This document shows, piece after piece, positions 1-7,648 of a DNA stretch of 64,000 nucleotides (position 1 is its first letter; each line of letters starts with the position of its first letter). Made by a program: the position numbers and the translations under genes. Below the pieces are notes generated by a model. It was not told the DNA's origin and made no database searches. It saw only the letters and a list, made by a program, of their open reading frames with translations. This DNA comes from a virus. Where the stretch lies: positions 112,255 through 176,254 of IMG/VR virus record IMGVR_UViG_3300025133_000027; one strand, 5' to 3'.

Positions 1-402
1 CCAGAAGCAGAAGAAACAGAAATGATGGGATCCGAAGAGATGGGTGGGGACGCCGCTCCCGCTGCTGAGGAAGAAAAGAGTCCTTTACTGGCAGCTCCTG
101 GTGAAGAAGCTCCAGCGAAAAGAGTTCCTGATGGATATACTACTACTTTAAGATCTAAAGGTAAGAATTATAAACCAGCTATTTCAGATCGAAGAAAAAG
201 TTCAGGCCCTCGTGAAAAGAATTATAGAGCTATGAGTGGTACGAAAACCTCTCTTCCAAGAGCAACAACTACAAAAAACTTTAGTAGAGTTCAGTATGGA
301 TTAATGGAGAGTAAAGATACTATTTATAGTAAGCTTTTGAAGCTAGAACAGCGTCAAGAGGATATTCTGGAGAATCATAAAGATGAAGATACGACACAAT
401 AA
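1..402 (+). CDS. 3' end of a gene truncated by the window edge, possibly the acidic C-terminal tail of the portal protein
   Basis: Frame is open from base 1; low-complexity E/A/P/G tail; lies upstream of the protease/scaffold/capsid genes (synteny only). Confidence 0.35.
   Translation, partial: PEAEETEMMGSEEMGGDAAPAAEEEKSPLLAAPGEEAPAKRVPDGYTTTLRSKGKNYKPAISDRRKSSGPREKNYRAMSGTKTSLPRATTTKNFSRVQYGLMESKDTIYSKLLKLEQRQEDILENHKDEDTTQ
319..328 (+). promoter_or_regulatory. Putative late promoter ACTATTTATA
   Basis: Exact copy of the motif that recurs upstream of structural genes. Confidence 0.5.
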
Positions 403-1201
403 GAAAAGAAATACCGCTTTTCTTTACGAAGCTTTAATCAGAGAAATGGTCAAAGCTTCTATCAAGAACGATAAAAAACGAGCTAAGTTAATAAAAGATA
501 TTATTTTAGAATACTTTAATACAAACAGTATACTCGGTAAAGAGTTGCTAGCTTATAAGGCGATTAATGAAGCCAAAGGGATGCACCCTATCGATGCAGA
601 AAAAGTCATCCACGAGTGTAAGAGAGTTTTTGCCAATCTTGATCGTAAAGAATCATTTAATGTAAACAGCAATCTTATCTCTAAAATCAATAAAGAGCTA
701 GGCGCTAATGTTTATTCTAATCATGTTCCTAACTATAAATTTATTGCGTCGTTGAATCACATATTCAACGACTCAGCTTCAATCAGTTCAAAAGTATTGA
801 TGGAGCGAAGAATCTTGAAAAAGATGACTGGCGTAGTTGAAAAGAAAGAAACAAAGCAGAAAGCAGTAGATGAACTTGTAATTAAGTCTTACACAAAATC
901 ATATAATAAGAAATACAAGGCAATGCTTCCAGAGCAGAAAGAAATGGTAAAGTTTTTTATTAATGAGAGACTAGATACTATTGAGTTTAAAGTTTTTCTA
1001 AATGAACAACTGGACAAGATTAAAAAGACCGTTCGTGATGGTTTGAAACTAGAAGAAGTGAAAGCTGATTCTAATATGCTTGAGAACTCTATGAAGGTAT
1101 TGAATATCTTAGAGAGCTTCCGTGGGAAGCAAGAATATACAAAAGAAGACTTTTCAACAATAATGCATATGCAAGATCTAGCAAAGGAAATTACTAGCTA
1201 A
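383..1201 (+). CDS. Hypothetical protein, head gene cluster
   Basis: 272 aa ORF; stop overlaps next start (TAATG). Confidence 0.75.
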   Translation: MKIRHNKKRNTAFLYEALIREMVKASIKNDKKRAKLIKDIILEYFNTNSILGKELLAYKAINEAKGMHPIDAEKVIHECKRVFANLDRKESFNVNSNLISKINKELGANVYSNHVPNYKFIASLNHIFNDSASISSKVLMERRILKKMTGVVEKKETKQKAVDELVIKSYTKSYNKKYKAMLPEQKEMVKFFINERLDTIEFKVFLNEQLDKIKKTVRDGLKLEEVKADSNMLENSMKVLNILESFRGKQEYTKEDFSTIMHMQDLAKEITS

Positions 1202-1779
1202 TGGCAATACAAGTAACCATAAACAAGAACGTAGTAGATGCCCTCGGAGGCCCAACTGAATCCGAGGCTCCTGATATTGTTGTTGATATTAAAGGTGCTT
1301 TTCTAAAGATTAAGCTCAATGCGAGAAAAACCCTAGACGGCAATATCATAATTTATGATCATAAGCACCTAGACATCATCATTATTCCTTTTAAGAATAA
1401 GATCCTTACCTTACCGAAGAAGAATAGAAGCACCGATTCATTCTATGTTCAGAAAAGATATTTTGATTTTTTAAAGAACAAAGGTGTTATTGTATATGAC
1501 TCGGTGAGAGGCGGTTCTGTATATGGCTCTCTTGAGGCGTTCTATCCAGTAAACAAACAAGTAGATGCTCTACAGGTTGTGTTGTTGGTAACAAAAAGAT
1601 TTTTAGAACAGGACAAGAATAAATATCAGACTTTTGATGAGTATCAAGAAGACGTTGACAACATGTTCTTAGAGCCAGAAGATGACGATTCGACAGAACT
1701 AGGTGAGGTTCCACACTCAGAAGAAAAAGGAACGATTGATCCAAACTTCAAGCCTTACGGCATCTTATATAGGATATGA
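1201..1779 (+). CDS. Hypothetical protein, head gene cluster
   Basis: 192 aa ORF, translationally coupled. Confidence 0.75.
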   Translation: MAIQVTINKNVVDALGGPTESEAPDIVVDIKGAFLKIKLNARKTLDGNIIIYDHKHLDIIIIPFKNKILTLPKKNRSTDSFYVQKRYFDFLKNKGVIVYDSVRGGSVYGSLEAFYPVNKQVDALQVVLLVTKRFLEQDKNKYQTFDEYQEDVDNMFLEPEDDDSTELGEVPHSEEKGTIDPNFKPYGILYRI

Positions 1780-1782
1780 ATA

Positions 1783-1968
1783 ATGATAGGATTCAGTAAT
1801 AAAAAAGGTTTGGATTCTCCACCAAGCATGTGGGACGCTAATGCTAGTGCAAATGTAAAAATTGCTTCATTTCTTGTTAAAAACGATAGGCTTGAGGTTT
1901 TATATCGTGATGTTCTGACAGAACATCGTTTCATCTTTCAAGGCTACAAAGAGACAACCTTATACTAA
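1783..1968 (+). CDS. Small hypothetical protein
   Basis: 61 aa ORF with AGGA RBS that fills the gap. Confidence 0.55.
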   Translation: MIGFSNKKGLDSPPSMWDANASANVKIASFLVKNDRLEVLYRDVLTEHRFIFQGYKETTLY

Positions 1969-1994
1969 ACTACTGATCCGATCAGTAGTAAGAT

Positions 1995-2282
1995 ATGTTT
2001 ATGATTGAATTTATATTATTTACCTTTGGCCTAACACAAATATTATTATACGGCTCTATTTTTGATAGAATTCGTCCTGATTGGAATCTGTTTAAGTGTC
2101 CTCTTTGTATGGGATTTCATACCGGATGGTTCGGATATTTATTTTTATACACTATTAGTATATTCCCTATATTGTCATTACCACATTTATTTGTCTATGC
2201 TTTCATAAGTGCTGGTATTAATTATGTATTGGATAGAGTGTTTGACGATGATGGAATAAAAATAGATTTAAGCAAACAATAA
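1995..2282 (+). CDS. Small membrane protein, DUF1360-like
   Basis: Hydrophobic helices and a CPLCMGFHTGW motif. Confidence 0.55.
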   Translation: MFMIEFILFTFGLTQILLYGSIFDRIRPDWNLFKCPLCMGFHTGWFGYLFLYTISIFPILSLPHLFVYAFISAGINYVLDRVFDDDGIKIDLSKQ

Positions 2283-2292
2283 ACTATTTATA
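2283..2292 (+). promoter_or_regulatory. Putative late promoter ACTATTTATA
   Basis: Exact motif, intergenic, followed by AAGGA RBS. Confidence 0.65.
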
Positions 2293-2302
2293 AGGAAGAA
2301 CA

Positions 2303-2428
2303 ATGAATAATCATGTAGAGATAAAATGGTTCCTTCAACCACCAAGGCTTTGTAAAAAAGGTTGTTATATCGTGCGGGTAACGCCCGCTGGAGAAGTGAA
2401 TGTCCAAAATCAAACTAAAAGTCTCTGA
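2303..2428 (+). CDS. 41 aa small ORF, not in the ORF track
   Basis: Late motif, RBS, then ATG; MNNHVEIKWFLQPPRLCKKGCYIVRVTPAGEVNVQNQTKSL. Confidence 0.45.
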   Translation: MNNHVEIKWFLQPPRLCKKGCYIVRVTPAGEVNVQNQTKSL

Positions 2429-2612
2429 CCTAAGAAGGTTGATCAAAGAAGAGACAGAGAACCTTCATGCGGAAATCCGCAATAACAAAGAAGCCTTACT
2501 TGAGTCGCTTGGCGAATTTGAACAAATCGAAACCCAAGAACTTCTTAGCGAGGCTATCAAGATCATGAGCAACGAGCAGGTTGCTATCTTACTAGGGATG
2601 TCAGATGAGTAA
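2400..2612 (+). CDS. Small prohead core-like protein
   Basis: Repeated LIKE/LLES/LLSE motifs; directly upstream of the protease. Confidence 0.55.
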   Translation: MSKIKLKVSDLRRLIKEETENLHAEIRNNKEALLESLGEFEQIETQELLSEAIKIMSNEQVAILLGMSDE

Positions 2613-3210
2613 TAAATATGTTCTTACAGAGTATCGAGTGTTCGATAATAGCCACCCAGAACTATTAACCGAAGCTGAAAAGCTTGAAATGGCTAATGGT
2701 TCCGTTATGTATCTCACTGGTGTTATGCAGAGAGCAGACGCTGAGAATGGAAATGGAAGAGTCTACCCGATGGAGATTCTTGAGCGTGAAGTTGAGAACT
2801 ATAAGAAACTCGTAAAAGAGCATCGCTCATATGGTGAATTAGATCACCCTGATAGTCCTATTGTAGAACTACAAAAAGCTTCTCACTTCGTAACTCACAT
2901 TGAGATGAAAGGTAAAGAAGTCATTGGCAAGATTAAGTTGATGGATACCGATACAGGCAGGAACGCTCAAGGTATTGTAAGAAGTGGCGGAATGCTTTCG
3001 ATTTCATCACGAGGACTTGGCTCTACAACTCAGAAGAATGGTAAGACTTATGTTCAAGATGATTACCAATTAGTATGTTTTGATCTTGTCTCAGAGCCTT
3101 CAACGGCTGGTGCTTACATGCTTAAGGAAGGAAAAGTTCCTTCAATAGATAATAAAGGGGACCGAATCAATAGAGCCCTAAACAACGTATTGCGTTCATG
3201 GAATAAATAA
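2605..3210 (+). CDS. gp21: Prohead core protease, T4 gp21-like
   Basis: NGNGRVYP, GELDHP, ISSRGLGS and FDLVSEPS motifs. Confidence 0.92.
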   Translation: MSNKYVLTEYRVFDNSHPELLTEAEKLEMANGSVMYLTGVMQRADAENGNGRVYPMEILEREVENYKKLVKEHRSYGELDHPDSPIVELQKASHFVTHIEMKGKEVIGKIKLMDTDTGRNAQGIVRSGGMLSISSRGLGSTTQKNGKTYVQDDYQLVCFDLVSEPSTAGAYMLKEGKVPSIDNKGDRINRALNNVLRSWNK

Positions 3211-3707
3211 TGACCAGTAAGAGAGCTAAAATGAAGATGATGATGAAGCCGATTATCAAGGAATTGATTGCAGAGCTTCTATTTGAAGAAGGTGTCCTAT
3301 CTTCTATTATTAGAGAAGTCGCTATTGCTTCTGGTCCAGTTCTCACAGAATCAAGAAGCGCTCCTCAACGAAGAGCCAAGGAGCTTCCAGAAGGTGCACA
3401 GGCTAGAGAATCTAGAGAAGCCAGTGAGGCTATGATTCGTAAGATTAGAAACGAAGGCTCAAGAGAAGTAACTTCCTCAAGAGCACGAGACCAGTTTGAA
3501 AAATCAGGTATGGGAAGTTTCTTTGAGGGCACTGCACCTCTCAAAACAAAGGGTGTTGTCAATGAAGGACGAAGTGGCGGCGGTGGCTTAACTGCTCCAA
3601 GCCCACTCGCAGGCATAGACCCTGATGACGAAGGTGTCAACATCGACGCGCTTGACAAACTACTCGGAAATAAATGGGGTGAAATCGCTAAAAGGTTGGA
3701 GGACTAA
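3210..3707 (+). CDS. Hypothetical head-associated protein
   Basis: 165 aa; IIKE/IIRE/VLTE motifs; coupled to the protease gene. Confidence 0.65.
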   Translation: MTSKRAKMKMMMKPIIKELIAELLFEEGVLSSIIREVAIASGPVLTESRSAPQRRAKELPEGAQARESREASEAMIRKIRNEGSREVTSSRARDQFEKSGMGSFFEGTAPLKTKGVVNEGRSGGGGLTAPSPLAGIDPDDEGVNIDALDKLLGNKWGEIAKRLED

Positions 3708-3950
3708 TTGAGTAACGAAAGAAAAACACATAAAAAAGCACCTGTTAACGTTGAGGTTATCAATCATGGACGTGACAGTTTTAAGGTGATCCGAAGATTT
3801 ATGAAGAAAGTCAAGAATGAAGGACTGATGCAAGAGCTAAGAGATCGTAGATATTATGAAAAACCATCAGAAAAAAGACGTAAGCGCAAATTAAGAAGGA
3901 TTAAAGTTCTTAAAAAATTAAGAAAGGAGACAGAAAAAAATGCCGGATAG
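3708..3950 (+). CDS. rpsU: Phage-encoded ribosomal protein bS21
   Basis: IRRFMKKV...ELRDRRYYEKPSEKRRKRK is the bS21 signature; TTG start with GGAGG RBS. Confidence 0.9.
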   Translation: MSNERKTHKKAPVNVEVINHGRDSFKVIRRFMKKVKNEGLMQELRDRRYYEKPSEKRRKRKLRRIKVLKKLRKETEKNAG

Positions 3951-4353
3951 CAATATACAAGTAAGAGTTGGTCTTGGAAATGTTGGTTCTTACCAAGTTA
4001 GTGGAGTTCCGTTTGCTTCAAGCTCAATCGCCTGTGCGATAAATTCTTCAGCACCAACACAAGTTTCATTTCCAAATGTAACTAAAGAAATTATAATTAA
4101 AAACACCAGTGGAGTAAGTGTAGATTTGCGTGTCGGGTTTAGTGAAAATGGAGTATTTGACGCTCTTGGCGAGAAGTATTTCTTTACTCTTGCAAATGGA
4201 GAATCTTACAGCTCTTCAGTAAGATGCACAAGTGTATTCTTATTATCAGACAGTGGAACTATCCCAGCATCAGCTAGTGTAATAGCCGCTTTAACCGGAA
4301 TCCCTGCGAGTAGACTACCTGAAAACTGGTCAGGCTCAGTTGGAATTGGATAG
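3940..4353 (+). CDS. Putative virion accessory or decoration protein
   Basis: 137 aa, Ser/Gly/Val-rich beta-type sequence within the head cluster. Confidence 0.5.
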   Translation: MPDSNIQVRVGLGNVGSYQVSGVPFASSSIACAINSSAPTQVSFPNVTKEIIIKNTSGVSVDLRVGFSENGVFDALGEKYFFTLANGESYSSSVRCTSVFLLSDSGTIPASASVIAALTGIPASRLPENWSGSVGIG

Positions 4354-4378
4354 TTCTGTGGAATTAAAGATTTTGTTA

Positions 4379-4388
4379 ACTATTTATA
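4379..4388 (+). promoter_or_regulatory. Putative late promoter ACTATTTATA
   Basis: Exact motif upstream of the scaffold-capsid operon. Confidence 0.7.
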
Positions 4389-4413
4389 ATAGTTATTTAA
4401 GGAGAAAATATTA

Positions 4414-5685
4414 ATGTCTTCAATGTTAGGCCAAGCGATAATAGATGTAGAAGAACTAAAAAGAATTGCCAAAGAAAAGGCAGAGCAAGATATTATCGAG
4501 CAATATTCTTCTAAAGTAAAAAATGTTATGGAGGAGCTTCTTCAGAAGAGTCTTCTTAACGAAGATGAAACCCCTTTCGAGGATGAAGACCTAGGCGGCA
4601 TGGACGATATGGGCGGCATGGACGATATGGGTGGCATGGACGATATGGGTGGAGAAGCTGGTGGTGATGCTGGCGGGCCTATCGAGTTTGGCGACGGTGG
4701 CGACGGTGAAGTCGGTGGAAAAGAAATTGGTGCTAGTGATGATGGTGATAGCACGCCTTCACTTCCACTTGCTGCTCTTGACGGCGAAACAATCGGAAGC
4801 ACAACTTTTCCTAGCGAAGATGAGATGATTGAGATTGACTTAGATAACATTGGAGAAGAAGAGTTCGGAACCTCCGAGAATGAATTTGGTCAAAAAAGCC
4901 CATGGGGACATGATAATGATGACTCTGGTGAAGGCGAGAACGGCGGAAGCTTCCTGAATGAAAGCGCTGATGGCGTAACCGAAGACAGGATATTTGATCC
5001 AAACAAAGAAGAAGACAAAGAAGAAGACAAAGAAGAAGTCCAAGAAGAAGGCGTTGAAGTAGATTACCAAAATGTAAAAACTCCACATGCTCCCTTCGGC
5101 TCCAACAATGAAGAAGACGAGATTAACTTAATGCTCTCACAACTATGTGATGAAGCAGAAGAGTTGGAAAGCAAGAACAAAACAATCAAAAAAGAAAGTC
5201 GTGCTAAGAGTCAAAAGCTCGCAGAAACTATGAAAACTAACGATAATCTTAGGAAAGATATTAAAAAACTAGTTGAAGCTATGAAAATGGTAAACAAGGA
5301 ACTAGTTACTATAACGAACAATTATGAAAAAAGCAATAAAACTGTAAAGTCACTTAAAGCTAATTTCAATATGTTACAATCAGAGAGCAAGAAATTGTTC
5401 TTTAAAAACCAAGTTCTAGAAGATAGGACCTTGAATGCAAGACAGCGAAAGCAGATTGTCGAGGCTATTGAAAGAGCGAAGTCAGGTGAAGAAGCGAAAA
5501 TCGTTTACGAAACGCTTCAAAGCACAGTGGAAGGAAGACGAGTACGCTCCGAACCGAAATCACTTAGCGAGGCCATGGATAAGAGAGCTTCACCATTGTT
5601 GTCAATTAAATCTAGACAACGACCTCTAGAGCCGCCAAAGACAAACCATCGTATTACTCGATGGAAAGAATTAGCGGGTATCTAA
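4414..5685 (+). CDS. Prohead scaffold/core protein, gp22-like
   Basis: Acidic disordered N-half and coiled-coil C-half, immediately upstream of the capsid gene. Confidence 0.7.
   Translation: MSSMLGQAIIDVEELKRIAKEKAEQDIIEQYSSKVKNVMEELLQKSLLNEDETPFEDEDLGGMDDMGGMDDMGGMDDMGGEAGGDAGGPIEFGDGGDGEVGGKEIGASDDGDSTPSLPLAALDGETIGSTTFPSEDEMIEIDLDNIGEEEFGTSENEFGQKSPWGHDNDDSGEGENGGSFLNESADGVTEDRIFDPNKEEDKEEDKEEVQEEGVEVDYQNVKTPHAPFGSNNEEDEINLMLSQLCDEAEELESKNKTIKKESRAKSQKLAETMKTNDNLRKDIKKLVEAMKMVNKELVTITNNYEKSNKTVKSLKANFNMLQSESKKLFFKNQVLEDRTLNARQRKQIVEAIERAKSGEEAKIVYETLQSTVEGRRVRSEPKSLSEAMDKRASPLLSIKSRQRPLEPPKTNHRITRWKELAGI
4594..4647 (+). repeat. 3 x 18 bp coding tandem repeat (GGMDDM)
   Basis: GG(C/T)GGCATGGACGATATG x3. 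Confidence 0.9.
5005..5040 (+). repeat. 3 x 12 bp coding tandem repeat (KEED)
   Basis: AAAGAAGAAG(A/T)C x3. Confidence 0.85.
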
Positions 5686-5714
5686 CTAACCAACTTTAAG
5701 GAGTTAAATTTATT

Positions 5715-7550
5715 ATGAGTACAATCGTAGAAGCATTAACTCGTGATGTTGTACATACAGACCGTAAGGCAGAAGGCGCAGCTCTCATCAAGAAATGGGA
5801 GAAAGTCGGCTTGCTAGAAGGTCTTTCAACAGAGCGAAGCAAAATTAACATGTCGGTTCTATTAGAGAACCAAGCTAAGGAACTTCTTCGTGAAGCTTCC
5901 TCAATGAGTGCCGGTGACGTAGAAGGTTTCGCATCAGTTGCGTTCCCAATCGTCCGTAGGGTATTCGGTGGTCTTATTGCAAACGAGCTAGTCTCGGTTC
6001 AACCAATGAGTCTTCCATCTGGTCTTATCTTCTTCCTAGACTTTGTCTACAGTGGTAACACACCTGAGAAACTACACAACGGCGCAGTTGCCGGTGCATC
6101 ACTATTCGGTGGTGGCGTAGTTGGTAAGGGAATCACTGGTGGTGTTGACCTTTCAGGTGATAACGCTGAGACTTCTTTTTATGGCCTTAACAACGGCTTT
6201 TCAACTGCTACAGGTAGTATTAATGCGGGTGAAGCAGACACTAACGTCCAGAATGTCGCTCTCCTTGGAACAGAGACTCTTGTTAGCGATCTATCAGCTC
6301 TTGACAAGAAAGTTCTTCGTTATGATCCTGATGTTCTAGGTTCAACACCAAGCGATATTATCGCTGCTGTAGTTGTTACCCTATCTACTGCTGAGATGGC
6401 TCAGATTGATGGTAGCAACTTAGTTACTATCGACCTAGTATCTTCAAGTACAACATCCGACGTTCGTGTTCCTGTTGACGGAGCTCTTGGAGCTACTGAG
6501 ACTAAGGTTATTCGTAGATTAACTCACAAGGGTGCCTGGGATGCTACAGCAACTACACTTTCAGATGAAGATACGAAGATTACTTTTTATCTACAATCCA
6601 CTACTGCTGGTGGATTGGTTGCTGCTAATGTTGCTGGCAACCCTGGCTTAGGCAATACACTTAAGTTCTCACGTAAGGATTCGTGGGGTCAGGGTAACTC
6701 AGTAGGTTCAGTTCTAGCCGAACTTCTAGTCCAAGAAGGGGCGGGTTCTAGTTCGGTAGCTGGTGATGAAAAAGATGGTCACAACCGTACCATCTCAGAA
6801 ATCGACATTAAGCTTGACTCTATCTCGGTAGACGTTAAGACTAAGAAGTTGAAGGCTAAGTGGACTCCTGAGCTTGCTCAAGACATCAACGCTTACCACA
6901 ACATCGATGCTGAAGTTGAGCTAACTGGTATTCTTTCAGAGCACGTTGCTCTTGAAATCGACCAAGAAATCCTTAACGAGCTCGTTTCCGGTGGAACTGG
7001 CGGAACTCTTTACTGGAGTCGTCACGCTGGTAACTTCTTGAACCGTGAAACTGGTGCATCTGTTGTATCAGCTACTGCACCACCTGACTTCACAGGTAAC
7101 GTGTCAGAATGGTACGAGACTCTTATTGAGACAATCAATGATGTGTCTGCACGTATCCACAGAAAGACACTTCGCGGTGGAGCTAACTTCCTAGTAACCT
7201 CACCTGAAATTGCTAACATTCTTGAGTTCACTAGTGGATTCAGAGCAACTGTAAACATGGAAGACCTCAAGGGTGGCTCCGTTGGTGCAGAGAAGGTTGG
7301 TTCACTTTCACGCAAGTGGGATGTGTATGTTGACCCTTACTTCTACCGTAACGTAATTCTGGTAGGACGTAAAGGCAAGTCATTCCTAGAGTCTGGCTTT
7401 GTATACGCACCTTACGTGCCACTACAGACTACACCTACTATCTTCGGAACAGAGGACTTCGTACCACGCAAGGGTATGATGACTCGTTACGCCAAGAAGA
7501 TGGTTCGTCCTGACATGTATGGCCTTGTTGTAGTGCAAGACTTAGTATAA
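5715..7550 (+). CDS. gp23: Major capsid protein, T4 gp23-like
   Basis: VQPMSLPSGLIF, KLKAKWTPELAQD, EIDQEI, YAPYVPL and F.PRKGMMTRY motifs. Confidence 0.96.
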   Translation: MSTIVEALTRDVVHTDRKAEGAALIKKWEKVGLLEGLSTERSKINMSVLLENQAKELLREASSMSAGDVEGFASVAFPIVRRVFGGLIANELVSVQPMSLPSGLIFFLDFVYSGNTPEKLHNGAVAGASLFGGGVVGKGITGGVDLSGDNAETSFYGLNNGFSTATGSINAGEADTNVQNVALLGTETLVSDLSALDKKVLRYDPDVLGSTPSDIIAAVVVTLSTAEMAQIDGSNLVTIDLVSSSTTSDVRVPVDGALGATETKVIRRLTHKGAWDATATTLSDEDTKITFYLQSTTAGGLVAANVAGNPGLGNTLKFSRKDSWGQGNSVGSVLAELLVQEGAGSSSVAGDEKDGHNRTISEIDIKLDSISVDVKTKKLKAKWTPELAQDINAYHNIDAEVELTGILSEHVALEIDQEILNELVSGGTGGTLYWSRHAGNFLNRETGASVVSATAPPDFTGNVSEWYETLIETINDVSARIHRKTLRGGANFLVTSPEIANILEFTSGFRATVNMEDLKGGSVGAEKVGSLSRKWDVYVDPYFYRNVILVGRKGKSFLESGFVYAPYVPLQTTPTIFGTEDFVPRKGMMTRYAKKMVRPDMYGLVVVQDLV

Positions 7551-7568
7551 TCTAAGATAAACTAACAG

Positions 7569-7600
7569 AAAAGCCCCTTGGAGAAATCCAAGGGGCTTTT
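7569..7600 (+). terminator. Rho-independent terminator after the capsid gene
   Basis: AAAAGCCCCTTGGA-GAAA-TCCAAGGGGCTTTT. Confidence 0.9.
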
Positions 7601-7622
7601 CTTGTATTAGGGCTCCTAGCAA

Positions 7623-7632
7623 ACTATTTATA
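7623..7632 (+). promoter_or_regulatory. Putative late promoter ACTATTTATA
   Basis: Exact motif just after the terminator. Confidence 0.7.
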
Positions 7633-7648
7633 TCACTAGAGGACTTCA

